A stretch of 64,000 nucleotides of DNA from an uncultured Chloroflexia bacterium (GTDB lineage Bacteria > Chloroflexota > Limnocylindria > Limnocylindrales > CSP1-4). The stretch is from positions 608,001 through 672,000 of the forward strand of contig CAVPPB010000003.1 in assembly GCA_963707215.1 (NCBI GenBank), in the 5' to 3' direction. The notes beneath the pieces are model-generated. The model saw only the letters and a program-made list of their open reading frames with translations. It searched no databases and was not told the origin of the DNA. Shown one piece after another: positions 55,468 through 64,000 of the stretch. The position numbers and the translations under genes were made by a program. The number at the start of each line of letters is the position of its first letter. Position 1 is the stretch's first letter.

Positions 55468-56093
55468 CGATCGGTCCCCATCGCCCGGCGACCCTGGAGG
55501 GCGCGGATCAGGGTGACCTCGTCAGCGTACTCGAGGTCGCCGCCGACCGGGATGCCGCGGGCGATCCGGCTGATCGTCCCGACGCTCCCTTCGAGGCGTT
55601 CGGCGAGGTACATCGCGGTCGCCTCCCCTTCGAGGGTCGGATTGGTCGCCAGGATCACCTCGGCGACCTGGTGGCCGTCCCGCTGAGCCTCATCGACCCG
55701 GGCGAGCAACTCCCGGATGCGGAGCCGCTCGGGGCCGATACCGTCGAGCGGCGAGATCGCACCGTGGAGCACGTGGTAGCGACCCCGGAACTCGCCGGTC
55801 CGCTCGATCGCGAGGACATCGAGGGGCTCCTCGACGACGCAGAGGCGGGACTCGTCGCGGCCGGTATCGCGGCAGATCGGGCACGTCGGTGCGTCACTGA
55901 TGTTGAAGCAGATGTCGCAGAAGACGACCTCGTCTCGAACGGCCACCAGGGCAGCCGCGAGGGTCCGAGCCTCGGTATCGGGTGCTCGCAGCAGGTGATA
56001 GGTGAGCCGCTGGGCCGTCTTCGGGCCGATGCCAGGCAGGCGGGAGAAGGCCTCGATGAGCCGGGCGACCGGCTCGATCATCGGCGTCGCCAT
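55464..56093 (-). CDS. recR: Recombination mediator RecR
   Basis: LPGIGPKTAQRL, C4 Zn finger, YHVLHG.ISP.DG, TOPRIM EGEATA, G.P.GGDLEYAD. Confidence 0.98.
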   Translation of the reverse strand: MATPMIEPVARLIEAFSRLPGIGPKTAQRLTYHLLRAPDTEARTLAAALVAVRDEVVFCDICFNISDAPTCPICRDTGRDESRLCVVEEPLDVLAIERTGEFRGRYHVLHGAISPLDGIGPERLRIRELLARVDEAQRDGHQVAEVILATNPTLEGEATAMYLAERLEGSVGTISRIARGIPVGGDLEYADEVTLIRALQGRRAMGTDR

Positions 56094-56103
56094 GGTGGCC
56101 GGC

Positions 56104-56409
56104 TCAGATCCCGGGCAGGCGAAGCCCGCCGGTGACGGCCGACATCTTCGACTCGGCCAGCTCCCGGGAAGCCCGGAGCGCGTCGTTGACGGCGGCCACG
56201 ATCAGGTCCTGGAGCATCTCGGCGTCGTCGGGGTCGATCGCCGCGGGGTCGATCTCGACGGAGACCAGCTCCTGTTTGCCGGTCACCGTGGCCCGGACCA
56301 CCCCGCCCCCGGCGGAACCGTCGCAGGTCGCAGTCTCCAGCTCGGCCTGGATCCGCGCCATCTCCTGCTGCATCTGCTGGGCCATCCGCTGCAGGTTCGC
56401 CATGCTCAT
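56104..56409 (-). CDS. ybaB: YbaB/EbfC nucleoid-associated protein
   Basis: AQ.MQ, GSAGGG.V, EMLQDLI.AAVNDA; dnaX-ybaB-recR synteny. Confidence 0.95.
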   Translation of the reverse strand: MSMANLQRMAQQMQQEMARIQAELETATCDGSAGGGVVRATVTGKQELVSVEIDPAAIDPDDAEMLQDLIVAAVNDALRASRELAESKMSAVTGGLRLPGI

Positions 56410-56476
56410 GCTCGAGCGCTCCTTCGCTGGTGCTGGTCGGCCCAGTGTGCCGTAGGCCGCACGTCCCCGTCGTGAC

Positions 56477-58400
56477 TCACCCGATCTCCCCGACGTCGAC
56501 CAGGTCCTCGCCGAAGATCCGTCGCGCCTCCGACACGAGCGTCGAGCCGTCCTCGTCCACCGGGAGCTCGGCCCATCCGTCGACGTTCGTGGCGACGCAG
56601 CGGACCGTCACCGACCGCCCGAGGAAGTGGCCGATCCCCTCCTCCAGGTTGCCCCGCCGGCGCTCGGCCACGTCCTTCAGGAAGGCCTGCCCCTCCGGGA
56701 AGCCGAGTGTGATTACCGCTCCCTCCACCGCGACGGGCCGACAGGCGCTGATGAGCGGCTTGGTGGGCGGGTGCTGGCTGATGTAGGTGACGATCTCCGG
56801 CCACTGGTCGCGCAGGGCGTCCAGCGTGCCGGCGTCGCTGGACGCCTGCGGCGCGGCCGCCCGATGCGGCTCGGACGTCGGCTTCGGCACCTCCACGAGC
56901 AGGGCCTGGGCCGGCGGGCTGGACCCAGCCGCTCCGACCTCTGGTGGCGCCAGCAACGGCTCGGGCGCGGGCGCGGGCTCGGGCGCGGGCGCGGGCTCAG
57001 CGCGGGCGCGGGCTCTAGCGCGGGCTCTGGCTCTAGCGCGGGCTCTGGCTCTAGCGCGGGCTCTGGCTCTAGCGCGGGCTCTGGCTCTAGCGCGGGCTCT
57101 GGCTCTGGCGCGGTCGCGGGCTCTGGTTCGTGCTCGTGCTCGGGGCTCGGGGCGTCGGGGACGGCCCGCCGGGTAGCCGCCGACCTCGACGGCCTGCGCA
57201 CCGTCCCGCCCTCAGGCCGGCCGCCGAGGTCGGGCGCATCGGGCGTGTCGGGCGTTCCGGATGCGTCGGGCGTGCCGGACCCGAGGGTCGCCGCCGCGAC
57301 GGCCCGAGGATCGACGCGTCGCGACCCCACGGGGGCGGGCTCGAGCGTCACCTCAGAGCTGACCGAGGGGTCCCCGAGGAGGGTCAGTTCGAGCTGGAAG
57401 CGCAGACCGCCGGGACCGGCGCGCGTCGGGTCGACGGAAGCCAGCGCCGATGCCGCGACAGCGAGCCGGCCGAGCGCCGATGGATCGCCGCCGCTGGTGA
57501 GGCGCTCGACGATCGCCGAGCGCAGCTCGTCGACGACCTGATCCAGGAACGAGCGCAGGTCGCGCCCACGATCCTCCAGCTCGGCCAGGATGGCCAACCC
57601 GGCAGCGGCGTCGTGCTCCACGAGCGCCCGCACGAACCCGTCGACTTCGTCCGCCTCGGCGAGGCCCAGGAGCTCGCGGACCTGATCCGCGGTGAGCCGG
57701 CCGTCGCCCGAGGAGAGCAGCTGGTCGAGCATCGATTCCGCGTCGCGCATACCGCCGGAGGCGAGGCGAGCGACCAGCCCGATCGCCTCCTCGTCGGCGT
57801 CTCGGCCGTCGGCAGCGAGGATGGTCCGCAGCTTCCCCTCGATCTCGGCAACCGACAGGCGCCGGAAGTCGAACCTCTGCACGCGCGACAGGACAGCGGG
57901 TCGGATCTGGGAGCTGTCCGTCGTGCAGAACACGAAGACGACGTGGTCGGGTGGTTCCTCGAGCGTCTTGAGGAGCAGGTCCCAGCCTTCCTTGATCCGC
58001 TGGACCTCGTCGACGATGAAGACCTTCCGGACGAAGATCCGACGGGGCCGTGTAGATCCGCGGCAGGAGCTCGCGGATGTCATCGACCCGGTTGTTGGAT
58101 GCGGCATCGAGCTCGATCACGTCGAGCGCCCGACCCTCGCGGATGGCGACGCAGCTGGAGCAACGGTCGCAGGGCTCGCCGCCGTTCGGTTCGCAGGCAG
58201 TTGATGGCCTTGGCGACGATCCGTGCCAGTGACGTCTTGCCGGTCCCGCGGGGCCCGACGAAGAGGAGGGCGTGGGCCAGCCGGCCGGTACGGACGGCGT
58301 TCCGGAGCGTCTCGACGACCGGTGTCTGGCCGACGATCTGGCTGAACGTCTGGGCCCGCCAGCGTCGGTACAACGCCTGGTGCGGGCTGGTGGACGTCAT
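56477..58400 (-). CDS. dnaX: DNA polymerase III subunit gamma/tau (several indels)
   Basis: [41 protein letters not shown]; frames switch near 58190-58150, 58040 and 57000. Confidence 0.92.
56960..57105. repeat. 18-bp coding tandem repeat in the DnaX linker
   Basis: Five perfect copies of TAGCGCGGGCTCTGGCTC (57016-57105; EPEPAL) plus three EPAPAL/P variants. Confidence 0.93.
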
Positions 58401-58445
58401 CGGCCCTCCGGCTGCGACGACCCGCGGTTCGCGGGATGGCAGTAC

Positions 58446-58711
58446 GCCGTGCACCCACCGTCGATCCGAGCGCCCCCGTGCCCACCGTTCGGACCGGCTC
58501 GGACCAGGCCGATCCGCGGCACCCGACGATCATCGCTTAGTGCTGCTTCCTTCCGGATCTGACACGGTTCGCGAGTCGCCGCTGCGCGGGACCCGGCCCT
58601 CAGCACCGATCGCGAGGGCGGCCTTCGAGGACGGGGACCTCGGGTGGGAGTTCAGCCCTGCTGGAGCGGATTGCAGGTACAGGGCACCGCTAGTTCCCCG
58701 CCTAGCACGGC
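58446..58711 (-). ncRNA. ffs: Large (Alu-domain) bacterial SRP RNA
   Basis: 5' GCCGTGCTAGGCGGGGAACTAGCGGTGCCCTGTACCTGCAATCCGC as in Bacillus scRNA; helix 8 TCAGATCCGGAAGGAAGCAGC; 3' GCACGGC closes the stem. Confidence 0.95.
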
Positions 58712-58730
58712 GTCGACAGGATAGCAGGGG

Positions 58731-58818
58731 TGGCGGAGAGGGCGGGATTCGAACCCGCGATGGGTTGCCCCATACCGCATTTCCAGTGCGGCGCCCTAGG
58801 CCTCTAGGCGACCTCTCC
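58731..58818 (-). tRNA. tRNA-Ser (GGA)
   Basis: Long variable arm; anticodon CT-GGA-AA; G73; CCA. Confidence 0.96.
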
Positions 58819-58865
58819 ACGGGCCGGGATCAGCCGGCCCGGCGGGCCGGCCAGAGGTGTCGTGG

Positions 58866-58952
<87 letters not shown>

Positions 58953-58988
58953 GCGGGGGATGGTACCAAGAGGCGACCGAGTGGGCGG

Positions 58989-59434
58989 TCAACCGCCCTG
59001 GACGAGTCCCGCGAGGAGCTCCTCGGCCTCGTCGCGCCGGATCCCGCTGATGACCTTCATCCGGCGAGGGAGACCGTCGTGCTGGGCCAGCTGGATCACG
59101 GTGCCGGCGGCGCCCTCGATCGGATCGGGCACAGCGAAGACCAGCGTCTCGATGTCGCACTCGAGGAGCGCGCCGACGCACATCGGACATGGCTCGTGGG
59201 TGGCGAAGATCGTCGCGCTCTCCCATCCGGTCCGGCCCGAGCTTGCGGGCGGCCTCGCGCAGGGCCATGACGACGGCATGCGCCGTCGGATCGCTCGTCT
59301 CGGCGACCCGCTCGTGCGAGCGGGCCACCATCGCCTCGTCGACGACCGCGACGGCAGCGCTCGGGCGCTCGCCGAGCGACCGGGCGCAACTGGGCCTCCG
59401 CGAGCGCTTCGCCCATGTACAGCTCGTAGTTCAT
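58989..59434 (-). CDS. TadA-like Zn deaminase-fold protein lacking the catalytic Glu (about two indels)
   Basis: Reconstructed across frames: MNYELYMGEALAEA..GERPSAAVAVVDEAMVARSHERVAETSDPTAHAVVMALREAA..IFATHEPCPMCVGAL..LVFAVPDP..GAAG. Confidence 0.85.
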
Positions 59435-59585
59435 CGGGCTGATGATACCGGCCCGGGGCGACCGGCCGCGCCACCTCGCCCCCTAGCCCGAGACACGGGA
59501 CCACCGGGCCGTCGTACGATCCAGGGCGGCCGGCATCATCCGGTCCCCGCGACCACGACCCGAGCCCCGGAGGGCCCCGACGACC

Positions 59586-60765
59586 ATGACGACCCAGCGC
59601 CGCATCGGCATCCTCACCGGCGGGGGCGACGTCCCCGGCCTCAACAGCGTCATCAAGAGCGTCGTCTACCGCGCCGGGGAGATGGGCGACGAGGTCGTCG
59701 GCATCCGGCGCGGCTGGAAGGGCCTCACCCACCTGCCGCCGGGCGAGGACCTGGACGGCGAGTGGGTCCGGCCCTTGGACCGGATCAACACCCGGACGAT
59801 CGACCGGACCGGTGGGACGATCCTCCACACCTCCCGGACCAACCCCCGCAAGATGAGCGGGAAGCGGCTGCCTCCACACCTGTCAGCAGAGCGCACCGCC
59901 TCGATGGCCGTGGCCGACGACCTCTACGACCTGACACCGGTCGTCCTCGACAACATCGAGCGCCTGGGGATCACCGACCTGATCGCGATCGGCGGTGATG
60001 ACACGCTCTCGTACTGCGCGAACCCTCGATGCCGCCGGGATCTCGCTCATGGCGGTCCCCAAGACGATGGACAACGATGTCCAGGGCACCGAGTACTGCA
60101 TCGGGTTCTCCTCGGCGATCACCCGGGCCAAGGAGCTCCTGAATCGGCAGCGGACCACTCTCGGCAGTCACGAGCGCATCGGCGTCTTCCGGATCTTCGG
60201 CCGCGATGCCGGCTTCACTGCTCTCTATACGGCATACGTCGCGTCTGCCCGATGCGTCATCCCGGAGGTCCGCTACGACCTGGACCGGCTGGCCGCCCTC
60301 CTGGCCGACGACCATCGGAGCAACCCGAGCCACTACGCCATCGTCATCACCGCCGAGGGCGCGATCTGGGAGGGGGCCAGGATGGTCGACGTCGGCGACG
60401 CGGATGCCTTCGGCCATCGCCACAAGGCGAACGTCGGCGACGCGCTTGCCGCCGAGATCAAGACCCGGACGGGGATCGAGACCCTGGCCTCGGAGCTGAC
60501 CTACGACCTGCGCAGCGGCGAGCCCGACTCGCTCGACTCCATGGTGGCGACGACGTTCGCCAACATCGCCATGGACCTCATCGCCGACGGCCACACCGGC
60601 CTCATGACAGCCGTCCGGGGCGGCCGCTATGCGACCGCTCCCCTGCCCCCCGAGGGCCTCGGACCGCGGACCGTGGACGTCGATGCGCTGTACAACGTGG
60701 AGCGCTTCCGACCCCGCTACGACGGCCGCCTCGGGGACCCGGTCCTGCTGGTCTCCGTGACCTGA
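59586..60765 (+). CDS. 6-phosphofructokinase, PfkA family, probably PPi-dependent (indel near 60020)
   Basis: LTGGGDVPGLN, GGTIL.TSR, IGGDDT, PKTMDND, GR.AG, EG, Y.LRSG. Confidence 0.9.
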
Positions 60766-60792
60766 GCCACGACCAGCCGCGGGCGGCGGCGC

Positions 60793-61668
60793 TCAATCGA
60801 GGCCGGCCAGCTCGCGGAGCGGCCGGGCCACCGCTGACACATCGTCGTCGGCGTGGCCTCGGGCGATGAGCCCCGTCTCGAGTTGCTCGCAGAGCGCCAC
60901 GACCGGCAGGGCGACGCCGACCTCCCGGGCGAGGTCGAGGGCGATGCCGAGGTCCTTGCGGTGGAGGGCGACCCGGAACCCAGGCGGGTACTCGCCGGCG
61001 ATCATCCGCCCCGAGCGGTTGGCCAGGACCCAGCCCTGCGCCGCCCCGCCCGACAGTGCGGTCACGACCTGGCCCGGATCGAGGCCGGCCTTGGTCGCCA
61101 GGACGATGCCCTCGGCGACGCCGAGGTAGACCCCGGCCAGGATGGCCTGGTTGACGGCCTTGGCGGCCTGGCCCGCTCCGACCGAGCCCAGATGGGTAAC
61201 CGTCCGTCCGAGCGTCTCGAGGAGCGGGCGGGCCCGGGCGACATCGGTCTCCAGCCCGCCGACCAGGATCGCCAGGGTCGCATCGCGGGCACCCTCGGGG
61301 CCACCGGTCACGGGGGCATCGACGAAGCCGACGCCGCGCTCCGCCAGCACCCCGGCGATGGCACGGCTGGCAGCTGGTGCGATCGTCGAGCAGTCGACGA
61401 CGAGCGAGCCGGGAGCGACCCCCTCTCCGATGCCTCCGGCGCCGAGGACGACCGCCTCGACGTCCGGGGTGTCGGACACGCAGATGAAGGTGACCTCGGC
61501 GGCGGCGGCGGCCTCGGCCGGGGACGACGCCTCCTTCGCCCCCATGGCGACGAGGGACGCTGCGCGCCCGGGCGTCCGGTTCCACACGGTGACATCGTGA
61601 CCCGCCTTCAGCAGGTTCGCGGCCATGGCCGAGCCCATCGAGCCGAGTCCCACGAATCCGAGTCGCAC
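60793..61668 (-). CDS. NAD(P)-dependent beta-hydroxyacid dehydrogenase (3-hydroxyisobutyrate / tartronate semialdehyde reductase family)
   Basis: GFVGLGSMG, WNRT, D.STI.P, DAPV.GG, GQ.AK.VNQ, F...L..KDL. Confidence 0.92.
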   Translation of the reverse strand: MRLGFVGLGSMGSAMAANLLKAGHDVTVWNRTPGRAASLVAMGAKEASSPAEAAAAAEVTFICVSDTPDVEAVVLGAGGIGEGVAPGSLVVDCSTIAPAASRAIAGVLAERGVGFVDAPVTGGPEGARDATLAILVGGLETDVARARPLLETLGRTVTHLGSVGAGQAAKAVNQAILAGVYLGVAEGIVLATKAGLDPGQVVTALSGGAAQGWVLANRSGRMIAGEYPPGFRVALHRKDLGIALDLAREVGVALPVVALCEQLETGLIARGHADDDVSAVARPLRELAGLD

Positions 61669-61825
61669 GGCGTCACCTCCTTGGTAGGCCTGCCCCGGCC
61701 GGGCGGGCTGCCCGATGGTAGTGGACCGACGGCCTGTGGTCGCCGACCGGTGGCCGCGGCCGAACCGCTGCGCGGACCAGCGCATCGGGCCGGCTGAGCG
61801 AGCCCGGATCCCGAGGACCGGCCGC

Positions 61826-62956
61826 TCAGGCGGCGATCGTGAAGTCGGCGAAGAGGATGGAGGCCAGGACCAGCGCCAGCGCCAGGTTCAGCACGGTGGC
61901 GGAGGCGAAGACGATCACCGGCCGGACGCCCGTCTCACGCAATGACGTCAGGCGGAACTCGAGGCCGATGCAGACGAACGCCAGGGTGAAGAACCAGACC
62001 CGCAGCTCGTTGACGGCCTTGATCGCCGCTTTGGCCGCGTCCGGGTCGCTGGCGGTCTCCAGGAACCAGGTCGCGACCGCCGATGCCACCACGAACCCGA
62101 TGATGAACTTCGGGAAGCGATGCCACAGCGTGGAGAGCGGGACCGAGGCCCCGGGGGTCCGCTCGACGCGGTAGACGAACCAGACAGTGAGCAGGAACGC
62201 GACGACGCCCATCATGGCGTTCTGGACCTGCTTGACGATCGCTGCGATCGACAGGGCGTCCTCGCCGACGATCGAGCCAGCGGCCGTCACGGCGGCCGTG
62301 GTGTCGATGTTGCCACCGATCCAGGCGCCGGCCACGACCTGCGAAAGGCCGAGCTGCTCGGCGAGCCAGGGTTGGATGAAGATCGACGGCAGGGCGAACA
62401 GGATGACCAGGCTGGCCACGTAGGCGAGCTGCTCCTTCTTCGCCGCGACGGCCCCGGCAGCCGCGATCGCCGCAGACACCCCGCAGATGGAGACGCTCGC
62501 GGACAGCAGTGCGCGGAGCTTCTCCTCGACCCCCAGCAGCCCGGCCAGGAACCAGGTGAAGAGGAAGACGGTGGTGATGAGGATCACCGACTGGACGATG
62601 GCGGGACCGGCGGCCTGGGCGATGACCGTCAGGTTGATGGAGGCACCAAGCAGGACGAGGCCGGTCTTGATGAAGAACTCGGTCCGGAATGCGATCTTGA
62701 CGCGGTCCCGGATGCCGAGCGCCCCCAAGACCGCGCCGGCGAGCAGGCCGATCGCGATGGCATACACCGGGAACTCGACCGACTTGATCCAGTCGATGTC
62801 GGGGAAGAACAGCGGGAGGTTCTTCTCCAGGAGTCGGACGAGCCAGGCCAGAGAGAGGACGATCGCCAGCGAGAGCGCGGCTCGACCCCACCAGCGCGTG
62901 TCACGGACCTCGACCCGCTCGGCGGCCTCGGCGGCCTCGGCGGCCTCGGCGGTCAT
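61826..62956 (-). CDS. YeiH/UPF0324 (putative sulfate exporter) family membrane protein
   Basis: KTGLVLLG, SICGVSAAIAA, GAWIGG.I..T, FPKF..GF, AF..IGL. Confidence 0.9.
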   Translation of the reverse strand: MTAEAAEAAEAAERVEVRDTRWWGRAALSLAIVLSLAWLVRLLEKNLPLFFPDIDWIKSVEFPVYAIAIGLLAGAVLGALGIRDRVKIAFRTEFFIKTGLVLLGASINLTVIAQAAGPAIVQSVILITTVFLFTWFLAGLLGVEEKLRALLSASVSICGVSAAIAAAGAVAAKKEQLAYVASLVILFALPSIFIQPWLAEQLGLSQVVAGAWIGGNIDTTAAVTAAGSIVGEDALSIAAIVKQVQNAMMGVVAFLLTVWFVYRVERTPGASVPLSTLWHRFPKFIIGFVVASAVATWFLETASDPDAAKAAIKAVNELRVWFFTLAFVCIGLEFRLTSLRETGVRPVIVFASATVLNLALALVLASILFADFTIAA

Positions 62957-63132
62957 GTGGTTACCAGGGTCGGAACCAGGCCTCCGACGAGGGTGCCGGT
63001 GATCACGCCAGCGAGAGCCAGCGCCAGCAGTACCAGACCGAAGATGGTCGCGGCCCAGTCCTCGTTGATCGAGAAGCGACCCTGCGCCTCCGGTTCGGAC
63101 GGGGGATCGACCGGCTGATGGTCGCTGCTCAT
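62953..63132 (-). CDS. Small membrane protein (59 aa, NEDW motif) coupled to YeiH
   Basis: Not in the ORF track. SD GGAGGAG; MSSDHQPVDPPSEPEAQGRFSINEDWAATIFGLVLLALALAGVITGTLVGGLVPTLVTT; ATGA overlap with YeiH. Confidence 0.8.
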   Translation of the reverse strand: MSSDHQPVDPPSEPEAQGRFSINEDWAATIFGLVLLALALAGVITGTLVGGLVPTLVTT

Positions 63133-63202
63133 CGCTCCTCCAGCGGGCCGCGGCCCCGACGGCCGGCATGCTCTACTAGACCGGTGGGACTACTTCCGAC
63201 GG

Positions 63203-63340
63203 ACGACGACGATACACCTCAGCACGAGGGAGATCCGGTCGGATCCGCACGGCCGAACGACGGGACAGGCTGGCGTCGGACAGATACAACTGGAACCGAC
63301 ACCCAGGGTGGCGCACGAGGACCGGATGGCACGTCGTCGT
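63203..63340. ncRNA. Candidate structured RNA (family unknown)
   Basis: Nested inverted repeats 63203-11/63332-40, 63233-40/63320-27 and 63270-79/63296-306, plus side hairpins. Confidence 0.4.
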
Positions 63341-63412
63341 GGGGCCCGACGGTAGACGGGTCCAGTCCGGTTCCGGCTCGCCGCCGACCGCCGACCGCCG
63401 GCGCGGACCGGG

Positions 63413-64000
63413 TCAGCCTGGCTCGGGCTCCGCGCCCTTCGGCGGACGCCCCAGGAACCCCCTGAACGCCCGCAGCGAGTCGCGCGGCCTGAGGGCCAGG
63501 ACCACGGCCGTGAGGACGAAGTAGACGATCGTGATCGTGCCCCGCGTCTCCGGCAGGAGCATCTGGACGATGAAGAGTCCGAACAGCGCCCCGGCGCCGA
63601 TGAGCGACAGGCGCAGGTTCAGGAGCAGCGCGACCGCGAACAGCGACTGGGCGGCGGTCAGCAGGATCTCGTCCTGCTGGCGGGCGTCGAGGGGCAGCGC
63701 CGAGGGCTCGCCTCGGCCGATCGAGTAGACCAGCGGGAGCATCGCCACCAGGAGCGTCCACTGGTTGATCTTCGAGCTGACCAGGGTGCCGAGGGCCGCG
63801 GTGGTCGCGCCGCGCCAGGCGAACAGGGCGACGACGACGAACTCGGGGGCCTCCGACGCCAGCGGCGCCAGCCACTGGACCAGGAGGAACTCGTCGATGC
63901 CGACCGCCACGCCGGTCTCCACCAGCGAGGTCGCGAACGGCTTGGCCACCAGGAGGATCGCAACGGCAGCGACGATCGCCAGGGCGGCCACGGCGGCCCG
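63413..64000 (-). CDS. CaCA-family cation/H+ or Na+/Ca2+ antiporter (partial, C-terminal part)
   Basis: alpha-repeat-like QWLAPLASEAPE and LVSSKINQWTLL; multiple TM segments. Confidence 0.85.
   Translation of the reverse strand, partial: RAAVAALAIVAAVAILLVAKPFATSLVETGVAVGIDEFLLVQWLAPLASEAPEFVVVALFAWRGATTAALGTLVSSKINQWTLLVAMLPLVYSIGRGEPSALPLDARQQDEILLTAAQSLFAVALLLNLRLSLIGAGALFGLFIVQMLLPETRGTITIVYFVLTAVVLALRPRDSLRAFRGFLGRPPKGAEPEPG

Overview
High-GC bacterial core-genome window. The organism is most likely a Chloroflexota, possibly Limnocylindria/Ellin6529-like; this is inferred from gene order, uS9 ending QYTKR, the RNAP inserts and the large SRP RNA, and was not checked by search. Almost everything is on the minus strand. 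Reading in the direction of transcription (right to left): partial CaCA antiporter, a small NEDW membrane gene plus a YeiH-family transporter, a beta-hydroxyacid dehydrogenase, pfk (+ strand), a TadA-like gene, two tRNA-Ser, large SRP RNA, dnaX-ybaB-recR, a complete rrn operon (16S-Ile-Ala-23S-5S), fpg/nei (+ strand), rpsA, clpC-radA-PIN/TRAM-ispDF-cysS-rlmB, two tRNA-Thr, tuf-rpmG-tRNA-Trp-secE-nusG-rplKAJL, rpoBC, and the str-S10-spc-alpha-truA-rplM-rpsI superoperon. I found no mobile element or CRISPR array. Three patches (about 13.6-17.2 kb, 36-38.2 kb and 57-60 kb) carry many single-base indels in essential genes and look like assembly errors. The most notable observations are: (1) the syntenic tadA has HAV instead of the catalytic HAE, as in eukaryotic Tad3/ADAT3 pseudo-deaminases; (2) an ~85-nt H54a-like expansion in the 23S rRNA, together with long acidic or repeat tails on bS1, uL15, uS17 and beta-prime; (3) an unexplained ~140-nt nested-stem RNA candidate at 63.2-63.3 kb; (4) a natural RpoB His526-to-Ser substitution.
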